Source: Tricharina praecox (lineage: Eukaryota). From it: a stretch of DNA of 64,000 nt. The stretch lies in assembly GCF_024521635.1 (NCBI RefSeq), contig NW_026250403.1, positions 744,001 through 808,000 of the forward strand, written 5' to 3'. The position numbers and the translations under genes are program-made. Every line of letters begins with the position of its first letter. The first letter of the stretch is position 1. Below are positions 25,119-38,667 of this stretch, piece by piece. Below the pieces are notes generated by a model. That model did not search any database. It saw only the letters and a program-made list of their open reading frames with translations, and was not told the origin of the DNA.

Positions 25119-26850
25119 GTGTATCGGGATTATGGTGTATGGGTGTTGCAGTGGGTGGGGAGGGGTGGGTGTGAGTGATGGTGGGGTGGCGGGTTGGTTT
25201 AGATGATGGAACGGGGGAAGGAAAAGAAAGAGAAGAAAGAAGACTGGGAGACGGGATGGAGGCGACGACGGATGGCGTAGCGGTAGTAGCGTCGAGATGG
25301 GGGGGTGGTGTTGGTGGTGGGAGAGAGAGTTAAGGTTGTGGGTTGCTGTTTAGAAGTGTTGGTTAGGGGTGGGGCGGTATGGAAAAAGCGAGGGTGGGAT
25401 CTGGGGGGGGCCAAGAACGGAGGAAGGAGAGAGTGAGCAAAGCAAGCACACGAAGACGGAGCGGCGACACGAGAAGAACAACGGCAACAGCGAATGGACA
25501 ACACAACGCAACGCAACACAGCACAGGACAGGACAACACGTACGAGATGGGGATATCGCGAAGAGAAGCAAAGAAAGGAAGAAAGCCGGGTAGCTGATGT
25601 CGACTTGTCTGGTTGGATTGAGGCCAGATCAAAGGATCACGAGAATGAGGACGATCACCGAATAGCACTACGTACCGGTATTTGCCCAGGCATGTACACA
25701 ACCACCATAGTTATTTACTTACGTGCGCCACTCCAGTGCCCAGAGGTCTAAGCAGCGTTGCCTATGGGCTGCTGGATGCTCACTTGACAAGCGACGAAAC
25801 CTCAAACATCCGTTTACGTGCAGAGGAGGCCGTGATCTCCCTGGCGATGCATGAACTCGGCCAATATATGCCCCTGTGCAAGCTGCCTGGACTACATGAC
25901 CTGAGGTGGTACTCGATACCCACAGCAGCAGCAAGCACTTTATCTCCCGGCAAGAGCAAAGCACGGTAGGCTCTCCGCATGCCAGTTGGAGCAATGTATG
26001 GAGTGTACATGCCCACTCTAATAAAGCCAATCGAAACAGGCGTGAATCCCATGGCCATAGAGTGCCGTAGTTACTTGATTACTGGGTAGATGCTCTATAG
26101 ACCCGCACACTCACGGAGATTCGCCTCCCCCACAGTTCCCAAGACCAAGAGTCTACTTCTACTATATACTTCGGTATGTATCATTGTATCCACCACTGCC
26201 CGCCCCATGCCCGCCACCTCGGGTAACGTAACACTCTCAGATCAACAAGGAAGAAAAAAAACAACAGTGGTCAGTCAGTCAGTCAGTCCGGGTCGGTGGA
26301 TGGGGGATGTGTTGTTCGTCTGGCCTGCTGCATGATATAGCCACCGCGCTCCCAGCGCCAGTGCCAGCAAAAGAACAGCTGTCATGACTGTCCAGTGAGA
26401 AAAGAGGCCCAGCTACGTTGTGACTGTGGGCACGGCCAACGAGAGCAAGGGAAACATATCATGATCATCTGCACGCCCGTCACGAGATCTGGTCTGATCG
26501 GCTTACGCGCCCAGCCATTCACTGGCATGTACCTACTCATCACATGATTGTCGGATAACGCCTCTCCAAAGCGGCGAGAAGCTACTAGCACTCACATACC
26601 TAGCGGACAAAGAAACATCGCCATGTCGTGAACATCGTCGGTAGCACAGAAGAGATGTTGGGTTATCCGCACTCCGGAGACAGAAAGGAAATGCACAAGT
26701 ACATGGAGGGCCCAAGTAGGCGGGTTAAGTAAGTGAGAAGTACTCGAGTAGACACAGAATCGATACATAGCAGAAGGAAACGCCACGAACGCCACGAAAA
26801 GAAGAACCCCAGAACAAAAGTGAAAAGCCCAATTCCGACAGCCTTACGGG

Positions 26851-28023
26851 CTACACCAGTCCATCCGCCGCCACTTGTTCCTCTCGTTGGATGGCTTCCT
26901 TAAACATCTCGCGGAAGACATCGAGATGTTCGGCAACCTCTCCTCTCGGCAGTAGACCATCAACATCCTCAGTCTGCTGATGATGCTGTTGCGACTGCAC
27001 ACCCAGCTGCTCGCGAAACCTCTTCGAAACCATCTTGGCAACCGCCTGGGCATCCTTCAGATTCTCCTGAGCGAGACACTTCTGCGCTAGCTCGATGCCC
27101 ATCTGCGCATACCTCTGCTGGCGCCTCTCGGGGAGCTCGTTCCACCACAGCGCGGGCTTGTAGTCGATCGTAGCAAAGAACCGGAGGCCGGGTTTGACAT
27201 CGTCGCCGAAGCGCAGGAGTATCATGGCGTGCTCGGCTCTGTTCACCGCCCACTTCTCGGCGGTAGCCAGTAGCCGCTCCAGCAGCGGCTGCGGCAGCCG
27301 TCCGGTCTTGCGCGCGTCTCTACACAGCTCCCGCCCGATCGTCCCCAGCTGCTGCGGCATCGTATCCGCCATCGTGTCCACCATCCTATTGTAGAACTCG
27401 AAAAACACCTGTGTGGCCCTCTCCAAGCCCAGTTGCTTCTCCACCTGCCTCACCAACTGCCTCGCAATCCCGTCTTTCCCATCCCTCTCCAAAATCCACT
27501 TGACGAGCACACCGCCCTTCCCCTCCCTGACCAACGCCATCACGAGCGGATGGCTAAGTGGCACCTCATCGAGGAACTCCCTCGGACTCCTGATGGCGCC
27601 CGCCTCCACCAGCCCCCTCAGCACCCTACTCCCACCATCGCCGACCCGGCCCTCGCCCAGATCATTATACCTGGCCAGACAACTCCTAGCCAGCTCCACA
27701 CTCGCCGTTCCGAGTGCAACATGCTCTTCAAACACCGCGATCGGGTCGACAAGGTACTTCTTAATCCTCTGCTCACGCATCCTCCTTGCAGCATCAGCCG
27801 TCGGCGCGAACGGCTGCATCTTTAGCAGGCTGCCCAGGTGCGCGCTCGCGCTCGTGTCCGCGGAAGACGCTGACGTCAGAGACTGCCGGAAGGAGTCTTG
27901 GACTGCACGGAGAAGCGTGTGCGACTCCCGTGGCGTCAAGGGCAGGGGCGGGTGCAGCACTGAGGAGATCTTCCGGAGGACGAGGGCGGACGCTGAGATG
28001 CGCGGCGCGGAAGTAGGGTTCAT
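26851..28023 (-). CDS. Uncharacterised fungal protein, probably mitochondrial (390 aa, single exon)
   Basis: Long GC3-rich ORF; basic/hydroxylated N-terminus; LHPPLPLTPRES motif; helical composition. Confidence 0.7.
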   Translation of the reverse strand: MNPTSAPRISASALVLRKISSVLHPPLPLTPRESHTLLRAVQDSFRQSLTSASSADTSASAHLGSLLKMQPFAPTADAARRMREQRIKKYLVDPIAVFEEHVALGTASVELARSCLARYNDLGEGRVGDGGSRVLRGLVEAGAIRSPREFLDEVPLSHPLVMALVREGKGGVLVKWILERDGKDGIARQLVRQVEKQLGLERATQVFFEFYNRMVDTMADTMPQQLGTIGRELCRDARKTGRLPQPLLERLLATAEKWAVNRAEHAMILLRFGDDVKPGLRFFATIDYKPALWWNELPERRQQRYAQMGIELAQKCLAQENLKDAQAVAKMVSKRFREQLGVQSQQHHQQTEDVDGLLPRGEVAEHLDVFREMFKEAIQREEQVAADGLV

Positions 28024-28548
28024 GGTGGGCTTGTGTGTGTGCGTATGTGGTTCTCTGGAGGGGTGGAGCGCGAGGGGGGTGTTCGGTGATAGTGATGGCG
28101 GGGTGAGGCTCGTAGAGTGGTGTGGTATGGTGTGGTGCTACTAGTAGGTATAGTGCTCTACTGATCATCAGATTGATGTGATAAATCATCACAATCAAGA
28201 CATCTGGTTTGGGTGGATTCCCTCCTAACAATCAATTGAGTGCTTAGCCCGGATTACCTGGTCTCATCAATCCAGCGCGTCTCCGCAGGACGGCAGATTC
28301 TTTAGCGCGACTGACGCTGATGTGCACTCATAGAAACATCGTGTCGACTGAATCCACTTACAGACCTTTTGTCCTATCGTCGGGGTACTCCAACCGTCCA
28401 ACGAGCGTAAAGAATGTTCGGGGGCTCCTATAAAATCGGGCTACATAAATCGGACAACAATGGCTAGGAGAGAAGGAGTGATTTAAATATCGCTAGCATA
28501 ATCAGACAAACTCGAGTATAAGGCTTTTGAACAGACTGTCACTCGTAT

Positions 28549-29659
28549 CTACGGCATAGGTCTCTCCAAGTGGAAGGTTGAGAATGAAATGGTGAATTCG
28601 GCTTCCGAGGACTTAAACATGAAAGTTAGTCTCTGATTCTCCGGAGCGAGTTTTATGGGTTTTCCCCAATCTACTGTACTCATAGGACTCGAAGTCGTGG
28701 GATAGGTGGCTAGGTACATAGCATTGTCAGACTTCGGAGAACTTGGTGGTTAGTCTGCCATGACCCAACTCTGAGCATCCGTTTAGTGAGAATACCACTG
28801 GGACTGCGAGCTACCTAGGATAGTATGTAAGATGGAGCGGCGGCCGGCAGTTGGTCCCTCTGGCCAGTCCCAGGGAGCGTATAAAGAGTGCCATCAATAG
28901 CATCCTTTGCACGGCTTACGTCAGCCTCCGCACCGTCAAGCCCCCCTCCTGGAGTTTGCCGCTCATCGCTCTGTTTCGCTCGTAGGTACCTAGCTCTGCC
29001 TCTGCCCTCGGTGGCATGTTCTTGATGGATTGTCTGCAGACACTCTTACTAGGTCCGTGAACGTGAGCGTGAATGGGACGTTGCGGAACTTTGGTGAGTG
29101 AATGTGAGAGTGAATGGGGCGTTGAACGCTTCATATTTCCATACGATGCGCTCGTGGGCTAGGATCTCCACTAGGAATGGGTCCTCGACGGTGATATCGG
29201 AGTCGACGCTAATACTGAGGGTTAAATCGAAGGTTTGGTCTATATTTATGTCAGTGAGAGTTAATAGTAAGTTAGGCCACGAACGGTTTGCTTTCGGCGA
29301 ATCGAAACCTCCGATAGGTATTTGGTCCGAGTGATCGTACATGGAGGGCTTGGAAGGTTTGAACCGTGAAAACAAATGTCAGACTTGTCAATTTCCGAGT
29401 GATACCAAACCCAGGAGCGAGGTTTACCGTTTGTCACATTATCGACTTGGAACTCGTCAATTGGCGGCATCGCACAGGAAACCGCGTGGAGGTTTCCCTC
29501 GCAGCTAATTGGAGCCCCTGGGCCTCGAGAGTTGACCCTAGGTTGAAACGGGGCATATTGAGTATATGACGTCACAGCTACGACGTACATACTGCCGGTG
29601 GAAACTTTGGCATCAACACTGGGCCATGGGGACTCGGATGCAACAATAGGAAGATCCAT
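28549..29659 (-). pseudogene. Probable degenerate, frameshifted gene of unknown family
   Basis: Consecutive protein-like segments in different minus-strand frames (..PRSWVWYHSEIDKSD / ..NLLLTLTDINIDQTFDLTLSISVD..IVWKYEAFNAPFTLTF / ..VDWGKPIKLAPENQRLTFMFK..); splice-like GTAAGC at ~28919 and CTAAC..AAG at ~28742; internal 41-bp-period duplication. Confidence 0.4.
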
Positions 29660-30214
29660 TGACTTGTAATACCGGTACCAGCATTGGCAATCCAGCCTCC
29701 CCATCCCCAGCATTTCCCATTGCCTGCACCACCGTCCAACCGTGTCTGGCCTCCCAGCTCCACCCACACACACAACTGCCAACTTTCCTGTCCTGTCCTC
29801 CCTGAGAACGTCCCCCCGTCCCCCCGTCCCCCCAGGAAGCCGCCCAACCACCTCCAACTAACCAGTCCGGGAAGAATACAGATCTCCAGTTTGGATCCCC
29901 CATCCCCATCCCCCGTCCCCATCCCCAGACGGTCCCCCGGTGTTGCACGACAGATGCTGCTGCCCAGATGCTGCTGCACAAAGTCTGTTCGTAGTAGTAG
30001 TGTGAAGTGGATAAAAGCAGCGTTGGCTGCTCCACTTTCGTGCCATATACTTTCACCTTCCCATACTCCCGCTTGGCAGACGTACCACCACCACCAACAC
30101 CAACACCAACAACAACAACAACACCACTACTACCACCGTCACACCCAATCACACCGCCCAACAACGAACATATCAACGAACATATCCACAAAAACGAAAA
30201 CGAAACCAGACACA

Positions 30215-31002
30215 ATGGCCGATAAACAAATCCAAGAAGGTGACACCGGTACTTACCATCCCTCCCCCCTCCTCTCCTCCCCCCTCCCCCCCATCTCCCC
30301 CCCCCCTCCGCGCCAATCCACACCCCCTTCTAACCCACAATCCGTCCGTAAATAGTCTCATGGAAATGGGGCGCCGGAAATCCCAGCGGCGTGGTGGCGG
30401 AAGTCAAGACATCAGGCCAGCTCGAGATCGAAACTGCGGGCAAGAAGGTGCACAAAAACGCTGACGGGGATAATCCCGCCGTGCATGTGGCCCGCGACGG
30501 GAATGATGTCGTTAAGAGGGCAAGTGAGCTTACGAAGGTGAAGGAGAAGGAGAGTGATGGGGATGGGGAGGATGTGGAGATGATGGATGGGGAGAAGGAG
30601 GTGGAGGAGAAGGAGGCGGAGGATGGGGGGAAGGAGGTGGGTTGTGAGAAGGAGGTGAGTGGTGAGAAGGAGGTGAGCGGCAAGTCGGCAGGCGAGAAAC
30701 GAGATCGTGACGATGTCGTGGAGGATGCTGAGGAGGCAGCGGCGGACGGGGAGGAGAAGTCCGTTGCGGCCGAGGAACAGGAGGATGCCGAGAAGGAGAC
30801 TGGGAAGGAGGTCAAAAAACTGAAGCTTGACTCTGACGAGGAGGAGAAATCGAGTGAGGAGAAAGAGAAGAAAGAAGAGGCTGCTCCGCCGAAAAAGAAG
30901 GCTGGAAAGGCGGCCCCAAAGACGAAGAAGTCGGAAGACTCCAAGCCGGCTGTATTCCATGACACCCCCGCGGCGAGGACGAGGTCGAAGGCTACGGCGT
31001 AA
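30215..31002 (+). CDS. Hva1/TUDOR-domain (DUF2945-like) protein with acidic/lysine-rich tail; intron ~30249-30355
   Basis: Spliced MADKQIQEGDTVSWKWGAGNPSGVVAEV..KKVHKNADGDNPAVHVARDGNDVVKRASEL. Confidence 0.8.
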
Positions 31003-31312
31003 GGTACGGGTAAGCACTTTGATATTCTATAAATCTCGATGGTTCAAGTGGTTGACACAGACAGGAACATCAGTGAATAGGATGGGATAGCTTTTTGAGA
31101 TTTTGTTTCTGCAATGCTGCCAACGATCTTTACCGTCTTACCCTGGGGGTAAATGAGTCTATCGGAGCGATGAGAATGAATGTTCGATTCCAGAATGTAT
31201 TTGTACAGCAAACAGACTGTGGCACCACTCATCTATGTGAATAAACAACCGCCAAGTGCCCATCCAAAATAACAGATCCGTAGAAGAGACGTATACACAT
31301 AACATGCATCAA

Positions 31313-33195
31313 TCACCACGTCGACTCACTCCGCTCCCTCTGATAAAAGAGCAAGTACACTTCCCTTTGCATTCCCAGGACATCACTCGTCCTCGCCTCC
31401 TTAATCTTATCATCGCTGATACGCCACCACCTATCATTCGCCCGTTTCCGCTTCAGCTTCTTCACCGCCGCCTTCGTCCGCCTTTCCGTTTCCGAAGGCG
31501 TAGGTGTAACGGATCTCGACAGCTCCGCGCCCAGACCCCCGGTTTGGTAGATCGATGTCGGCGGCGTGGGCTTGCTCCCTGCGTCGAAAGCTAACGACGA
31601 TCTCGCGGTGCTGTTTGGCGACAGCAGCGTATCGCGGGACATGGGCCGTGATGGTCCGGGACTATCAAGGTGTACAGACGATGTGTTTAATGGAGTGGAA
31701 ACCAGTGGAGTAGGCGGAAGTGAGGACCCGGGAGTCGGGACCGAGAACGGCGGCCGAGCAACGATCTGCCGTCGGAAGCACTCGTAGTGGCCGCTGTCGT
31801 GTCCGCCCTTGTGAGTTACCATGCACAGGAGACGGTAGTTTCTTCGGTCTGTGATGCCGCCCATCTGTAGTGTTTCTTCGAAGGATACTTTTGCGCCGTT
31901 TTTACGCGATGCGTAAGTATCATAAATCGAGCGGGAAAGGTGCAGCGCAATGATTTCCGGGTAGTCCTGGATCCGTGTTCGTCTGGCGATGCGGGATTTT
32001 GGAGCGTCGGGAAGAACAATGTCTTCCGGAACCGACTCTGGATCGGACTCCAGTGCGTGTTCCAGTCTTGATATCGTAGTCTCGATATCGGCTCTGTTCG
32101 GAGATGTCTCTAGCTTCCGAGTCAGTATGGCAATGGCATGCCGAACTTTACACCCCGCGCAGGCGAAGTCGTCGATGTATTCGACCGAGAGAGTGCCCTC
32201 AATGCACTCGGTGAGGGAAGCAGAGTTCTGCACAGCGGCCCATCGTTATTATTTCCAGCTCGATTCGATGCATGAGATATGTGACACACCTTCTGAGGGA
32301 CAGGAAGAGTCAGAACCACAAACGAGGAGACTGTCGGCTTGGGCTTGAAGCCGCATTTCTGACATTCAATCTCGGACACCATTCTCCCCTCAAGCGGCAT
32401 ACCCACAAAATCTGCCTCCTCATTCTTCTGCTCTTCCTCATTCTCCGGCTCCGGGCCATTGATGATCACCATCTCTTCGCCCAACTCCGTAACATCTTCG
32501 AGTGAGTACCTGCCCACCACCGCCCTAACCTTCCCCTGGCGCTCAAGCTTCTTCAGCCGATGGTGTTCCTCCGCCAGTGTCTCCGCAACCACCTGCAAAA
32601 ACTCATGGGCATCCTGCTGCGCCCTGGAGATGCGTCTCATAAACACCTTTTCCAGCGTATTGAGGAACGGGCGATTCGAGATAGTCTTCTTCCTGTATAT
32701 CGGTCTCTCGTTCAAGCCTGTGAGCCTATTGTCAGCCAGACGCCACTTCCACCAAATGGACATGTGCCTACTATCAAGGATCTCCTTCAACGCCGCCGTC
32801 AAAAACGGCTTCCGGTCGATCAACAATTCGTTCTCACAGTTCTCGCCGCGCTGCTGCTTCGCCGCCGTGGTGCGCTGGCTCAGGTACGTCCGTAAATCCT
32901 CCAATCCGGCGAGGGCCTGTAGTATCGAGTTTATCTGCCAAACAAACCCCACACTTAGCTCACGAACTTCTCACTCCAGTATTCAACTCCCCACCACAGT
33001 TTTCAAGAGACATACAAAACAGTCATTAGCCGGATTCTCGAGCCCGACTACGCCTTTCCGCCGGTTCTTGGAGGACCCCTCCGCCGTCGTGTCGATGAAC
33101 CATGTGGGGCCGAAAACATAGACGAGCGTGACGGCAGCGAGAGAGGCAGTGGCGGCGTAGGCGAGGGTTGCGTGGTTGCCAGGAGGCGGCGGCAT
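31313..33195 (-). CDS. Ubiquitin C-terminal hydrolase (USP/C19) with N-terminal TM anchor, Ubp16/USP30-like; 4 exons
   Basis: Cys box GLENPANDCF|INSILQALA, QQDAHEFL, His box VTHKGGHDSGHYECFRR, WWRISD, VYLLFY; hydrophobic ATASLAAVTLVYVFGP. Confidence 0.88.
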
Positions 33196-33848
33196 TATGG
33201 TGATGTGGGGGTGGGTGGACGGAGGTGCAACTGCCGGCGGTAAGTCCCACTAGCAGCTATTTCTTGCGCCTGGGCTGTGGATGGGAAACTGGAGAGTTGT
33301 GATGGAGGGAGTTCAGACACACAGAGCGGGCGGTATAAAAGAGCGGGCGGGCCCCGAGACGATGTAGTTATCTATGGGGAAGCCGGATAGTTCCAGCTCC
33401 AGAAGGCTGTTCAGGGTCCTTTCCTTTCTTTCTGTCTGGGGTGATGCTACATCTACGCGTCGAGTGGGGCGTGGAGGGGAAGGAGGGAAGGGGAAGGAGG
33501 GACGTACGTAGCCGGGCTGGCGGGAAGAGTTGTTGCGACGTGCATGACATGACATCTAGGGTTTAAAGAAAATCTTCTGGTATGTATGGCCGCGCATCAC
33601 ATCGTCGCGTCCATGGCTGAAGATGTCCATAGAGAGGCAGACAAAGAGGCATACACATACATGCGGCCATATTCATAACAAGAAACCCGATGTTGAAGAT
33701 TCCGCGAGCTCTCTTCACGCTTGCATTATTAGGTTCTTTTGGCTGATGAATGACCACGCCAAGACCAGTCTATTGAACCTCACCACCATAGATTCCGGCA
33801 TACTCTTCTCACCACCGCCGAGCAACCTCTCCCGCCGCCGCAGCAGCA

Positions 33849-34641
33849 ATGATGTCCTTCCTCCGAGTCCCGACCTGCAGGACCTGCCTGCAACGTCTCA
33901 GCGGCGTCAGCAGCCAGCAAATCCGTACGAAGACCAAAGCCGCCAAGAAAGGAATCACCGTCCGGCTGCTGGAGGACCTCCCCAAAGTCGGGCGGAAAGG
34001 TACCACTTTTCCCGCCTTCCCCATCTCCCCAGTCCAGTCCGCTCAAACAGGCGTCGCACGCATACACAGGCTCGATCGTCACCGTCGCCCCCGGAAGGAT
34101 GAGGAACAACCTCTACCAGCGCGGGTTCGCCGAGTACATGACTGCGGCCGCGCTCAAGAACGTTCCCGAGTCGGAACTGACGCAGCAGCCGGATACGACG
34201 TTTATTCCTGTTGCCGAGCCGGAGGTTTTGTCCAAGGTCGAATTGAACCGGCTTAAGGTACTCTCCACTCCGCTCGGTACATGGGAGGAGGACCGAGCAT
34301 TGACGTGGTGACAGCCGGCCCACACCATCTCTCTGATCGAAACTTTCCTTCCCACAACGCTCCAGTTCTCGCGGCCAACGGTGTCGCCAAACGACACGAC
34401 CATCCACGGCTCCATCTCAACTGCGGATATCTGTTCCGCAGTGCGTGCGATTGCGGCGGCAAGCGGCGATGAGGCATCGAGAGTCGCCATCACCCCCGAT
34501 ATGATCACGTTCATGGACGAGGAGGAGGGTGTGGATAAGGTCAAGACGCTGGGAGAGCACAAGTTCCAGATTAAGCTCAAGGGCGCGGTGCACCCGGTTG
34601 TCAGGGCTGTTGCTATCACCCAGCAGGTCTCACTGGAGTAG
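33849..34641 (+). CDS. Mitochondrial ribosomal protein L9 (bL9m); introns ~34000-34069, ~34258-34313
   Basis: Presequence, then ITVRLLEDLPKVGRKG|SIVTVAPGRMRNNLY (L9 N-domain); IHGSIS..DI; DKVKTLGEH (L9 C-domain). Confidence 0.85.
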
Positions 34642-34807
34642 GTGTAGATAGAGTGTACATTAGACTGGCTGGTTTGTCCGGATGTCTGATACCTGATGGT
34701 AGTTAACGGACTAGAGGAGGAGCACATCTAAAAATTACACACGACATCCACCACCATTGCTAGCCAGCATTGCACAGAAGTGTTGACCAGCAGTACGGAT
34801 GGATGAT

Positions 34808-36046
34808 TCACTCCTCTTTCCCCTCTCCCGACAAGCCCTTCAGAAACGATTGCACCCTCTCCACAAACCCCTCCATAACCTCCTTCGGCACACCTGCCAG
34901 ATTGTGTGTAGCACCCTCTACAATGCCACCCTCCAACTTCCCACCGGCTGCCTCCTTGACTGCCCTCCACCGCCCCACAAGCGCCTCCTTATCCACAAAC
35001 TCGGGGATGTACTGGTCCTTCCCGCCGTACAACACCATGAGCGGCGTGTCGGTCGGTAGCTTCCCGAACGTCTCCTTCAGCGTGGCGTCGTTCAGGTCGG
35101 ACGAGAAGAAGTCTTCGGCGCCCTGTGGGTTGCCTTCGTCGTCTAGTGGGGCTGCGAGGGAGTACCTTTGTCATCACAGGATCAGCACAGGCTCGTAAAG
35201 GTAAGTAAGTGGGCAAGTGGTGTATAGTACCATCGCTCAGCACACACAGGCGTGCCTTCAAATCCTGGCCGCATCTCGGCAGGGATGATCTCCTTCCCGC
35301 GCCCATCCTTGATCCACGATTCACTGAAGTTTATCGACGTCAAGTATTCCGTCTTGCTGGCGCCCATGACTATCGCCTCGCGGTCGCTCACTGCATTCGG
35401 TCAGTCAGTCCATTGGCACTGGATTGACAACACGAGGAGGGTGGAGGAACCAGATGACTGTAGTATTGCCCCGTCAAGACGTGGTGCCGAGCCGGTGGAG
35501 GCGTTGAGGAGGTACTGGAATGTATCCTGCGAGCCTATCACGTAGGTACTCATCCCATCCATCAGCCAATTGCTCTTCCACTGCTCTGGATGGAAACGGG
35601 CGGACCAGTAGAGTGCCCCATAAGAACAAGCTTCGACTCGGGATGCGATCCCCTAAAATACTCGACCGCTTTCGCTATCTCCGTCGCATCTCTATATCAC
35701 AGCCTATCAGTCCTGTTCCATCATATATAGCTGGTATCGGATATAGTATACCTTTTGACACTCCCGGTTCCCCATCCCGTGAATGACGACGAAGTGAGGA
35801 CTTCGATCACGCCCCATCCGTCGAGAGTTCGGAGGTGCTCGATAAACGGCACGGTGAAGAGGCCGTCGCCCAAGCCGCCGACGAAGAGGAGCTTGTGGCA
35901 GGACTTCTTGTCCTCGGATGGGAGGTGCTCGAAGGCCACCAATCCCGGAGCCTGTAGATTTATATCACCATCAGCACTCACGACTGCGATTGCGATTGCG
36001 GGGAGGGATTACGGACGTAGGTATGGAGAACTCCCGGAGAAGTCAT
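34808..36046 (-). CDS. DUF1749 alpha/beta-hydrolase-fold protein (multi-exon)
   Basis: Spliced MTSPGVLHTY|APGLVAFEH; LLFVGGLGDGLFTVP; nucleophile elbow LMGHST|GSQD; EDFFSSDL; LYGGKDQYIP; VEGATH. Confidence 0.85.
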
Positions 36047-36938
36047 TATGCTGGTATGTATTGTACTGCCTTGGTGATGTGGGAGAGGAGAGGAAGCGAA
36101 GGATGGATGTCGTGTCGGTCGTGCAGTGAGGGTGGGCGATGTGCGTAATGTAGGTACCTACTGTAAGACCGATACCTAGAATCGATTCAACGCCGCCGCC
36201 GCGGATGAGCTGATTTTGCTGCCATGCAAAGCCCCCCGCCTTCAAGGATCGACCGAGAGCAAGGCTTAGCGAAATCATAAACCTCCAACTTCTTTCGTTG
36301 GGTCTTCGGTAGCGATAGGCATAACTACGCGAGAAGGCCGTGGGTTTCGTTGTGACAATCTTGATGCAATAATCGAGATATAATCTACTCTTGGCTAGTC
36401 TACAGTACTATTCCCCTGGTTGAAATCTGTGAGACGGTAAATTGTCATATTATCTCACTCGCGTATTCGATTTCGACATAGCTAATGGTAGGCAGCCCTA
36501 CACTACCTGGGGGTCGTGAGCCCGGACGGGCGTAATACGCTATGATTGTGTTTCCCGCGGGTGGATGGCCTCCGTGTTAGTTTCGGCAATTGTGTATCAA
36601 TTATATTCATCACTCGTGGCTGGCGGCAGATCAAGCGATAAGTGGGGTAACTTTCGATTCTCAAGTGGCATGCTTCGACGCGATGGTTGATTGATTGAGG
36701 GTTACTACTATGTTCGGATGGTGAAGGGTTATCGTCGTGGCTTTTACGTCGATCATCCATCCCATCTACTGCGCTGCGGGTAGAAGCGAAAAACAGGCGA
36801 CTCGGTGCGAGGACAACCTCGCTGGCGCGCAGCAAGTACACAAAACGTCGGCATCAAACCATGTCCGAGCAGGACGTTATCGTGCTGCAAACCGGAACTC
36901 CAATCCTTTAACTGTCCCAAAATCTCCAGAACGCCGTT

Positions 36939-37653
36939 TTAGCTTGCCCCGCCTCGTGCGCCTCTTGTTCCCCTCGCAGTCCCAGTCCCATAGGCTCCTC
37001 GTCCGATGCCACCCCTGGTCAACCGCGGAGTTGGGGCACCTCTCGTGGAAGAAGAGCTATTCGACGTGTATGAACCGGTACCCGTCCTCGAGCCCCCCGC
37101 AGCACCGCGTCCCGAACTTGTCCCTGTAGCACCCCTCCTCGTCCCGACCCTCCCCGTTGGCTTCTTCTCGGCAGCTAACCGTCTCGCCTCGGTAGCGGCA
37201 GCATCTCTCTCCCTGGCAGCAGCCCTCTCCCTCGCCTCCTCCGCGCGCCGCTGCACCTCCCGTTGCTTCGCCTGCGTCTCGGCCTGGATATTCTCCAGTT
37301 CCTTGCTCGCGCCTTCCCAATGCCTGGACTGCAGCAGCCGCTGGGTGTGGTCTGTTTGACTCAAGATCTTGATCCAGAGGTTCAAGAGATTGTTCGCATT
37401 CTCGACGGTGGAAGACACGGTCTGCGGAGCGCGTGTGGTCAGCCACGTGGGTCACCGGGGGGAGGCCAAAAAGACGAACCTCCATGTTATCTTTCGCCTT
37501 CCCCAGCGAAGACAACACTCCCTCGATCACACCGTTGACCTGCTGGACGCCGCGCAGCTCGGCACGTAAAGCGTCGTCTCGCGAGGAGTCGGCTTCGGCG
37601 GTCGGCGCGTCGAAGGCCCGTGATCGGTGTAGATGTTCATCCTGGTCTGCCAT
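36939..37653 (-). CDS. DUO1: DASH/Dam1 kinetochore complex subunit Duo1; intron ~37423-37482
   Basis: RDDALRAELRGVQQVNGVIEGV..L; TVENANNLLNLWIKILSQTDHTQRLL...WEGA. Confidence 0.88.
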
Positions 37654-38667
37654 TGCTGTCGCGCGCGCGGGAGTGTCGATGTCGGTGGCGATGTATTCGG
37701 AGTGGTAGCCAAATAAGTAGAGTGCTCTACTTATCGTTATCCGAATGTGGGTTGCGTCTTGCTTGCTGGTGCTGCTGTCTGAAACGGGCTAACTAGAGGC
37801 TTGGCGGACGGGCACACATGAATTCGGTCTCCTGGCTTCGGCGCTCTCCACCGCTCTGCTGCCGAGCAGCTCAGACAGTGGTCCATGCGGGTATGCGGGG
37901 AGCGCAGCGTGAAGCGGGGGTGCGGAGGCTTGTTGCCTCTCGGGGATTTGCCCTTGTCTCTCCTCATGTAAACCGGCATGCGTTTTGGAAGAGCGCTCTA
38001 CCGTACTCTATTCGACTCCATGTAACTATCCCCCGTGTTGTTGTTACGATGTCTCCTCATCTTTCTCCTCCCCTTCTGTTCCCGTCTCCTTCCCCGAGCT
38101 GCCATGGAACGAAGCAACAAAGCCAAGGCTCGCATAGGGGGTCTGAGCACATGGGGACGGCGTGGAATTCGACCTAAAGCACCCGTAGATTCTCTATGTT
38201 TCCGCAGTAGCAAGGGTTCTTGTGATTTCCTTCCGAATTGAGCGAGAAAAGAAAACACAGTGACCGGGGTGTAAATAAGCCGTTGCACAGGGCAACCAGC
38301 TCCTCTGTGTGTGTTGCTCACCGTTGCCGTTGCTCTGTCCCCTCCCCCCCAAAGCCCATCCCCCCAACCCAACCTCCTCACTTTCCTCCTCATCGCTCAC
38401 TCAATCAATCTGACAACCATCAACCCACATACAACCATTGCCATACCATACCTCGACCCGTCACCGCCACCACCACCACTACCGCGATACATACTACTAA
38501 ATTCCACACAACTACCACTATAATTTGCCGTCCAATAATCAACTGTCGCTCTCCAACCTTCTCGCGATTCACTTCCGAAGCACCAACTCTATCCGTCGCT
38601 TATTCCGTGATTTAAGAAGGTTTAGGGAAAGGATATCACTCGACCTCAACATTCATTAGTGACAAAC

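Noticed and set aside
2307..32771. Stop-free 3n introns (NST1 2307-2396 and 4352-4417, DUS4 7281-7349, UBP 32718-32771) as regulated retention
   Set aside because: A few such cases among dozens of short GC-rich introns are expected by chance.
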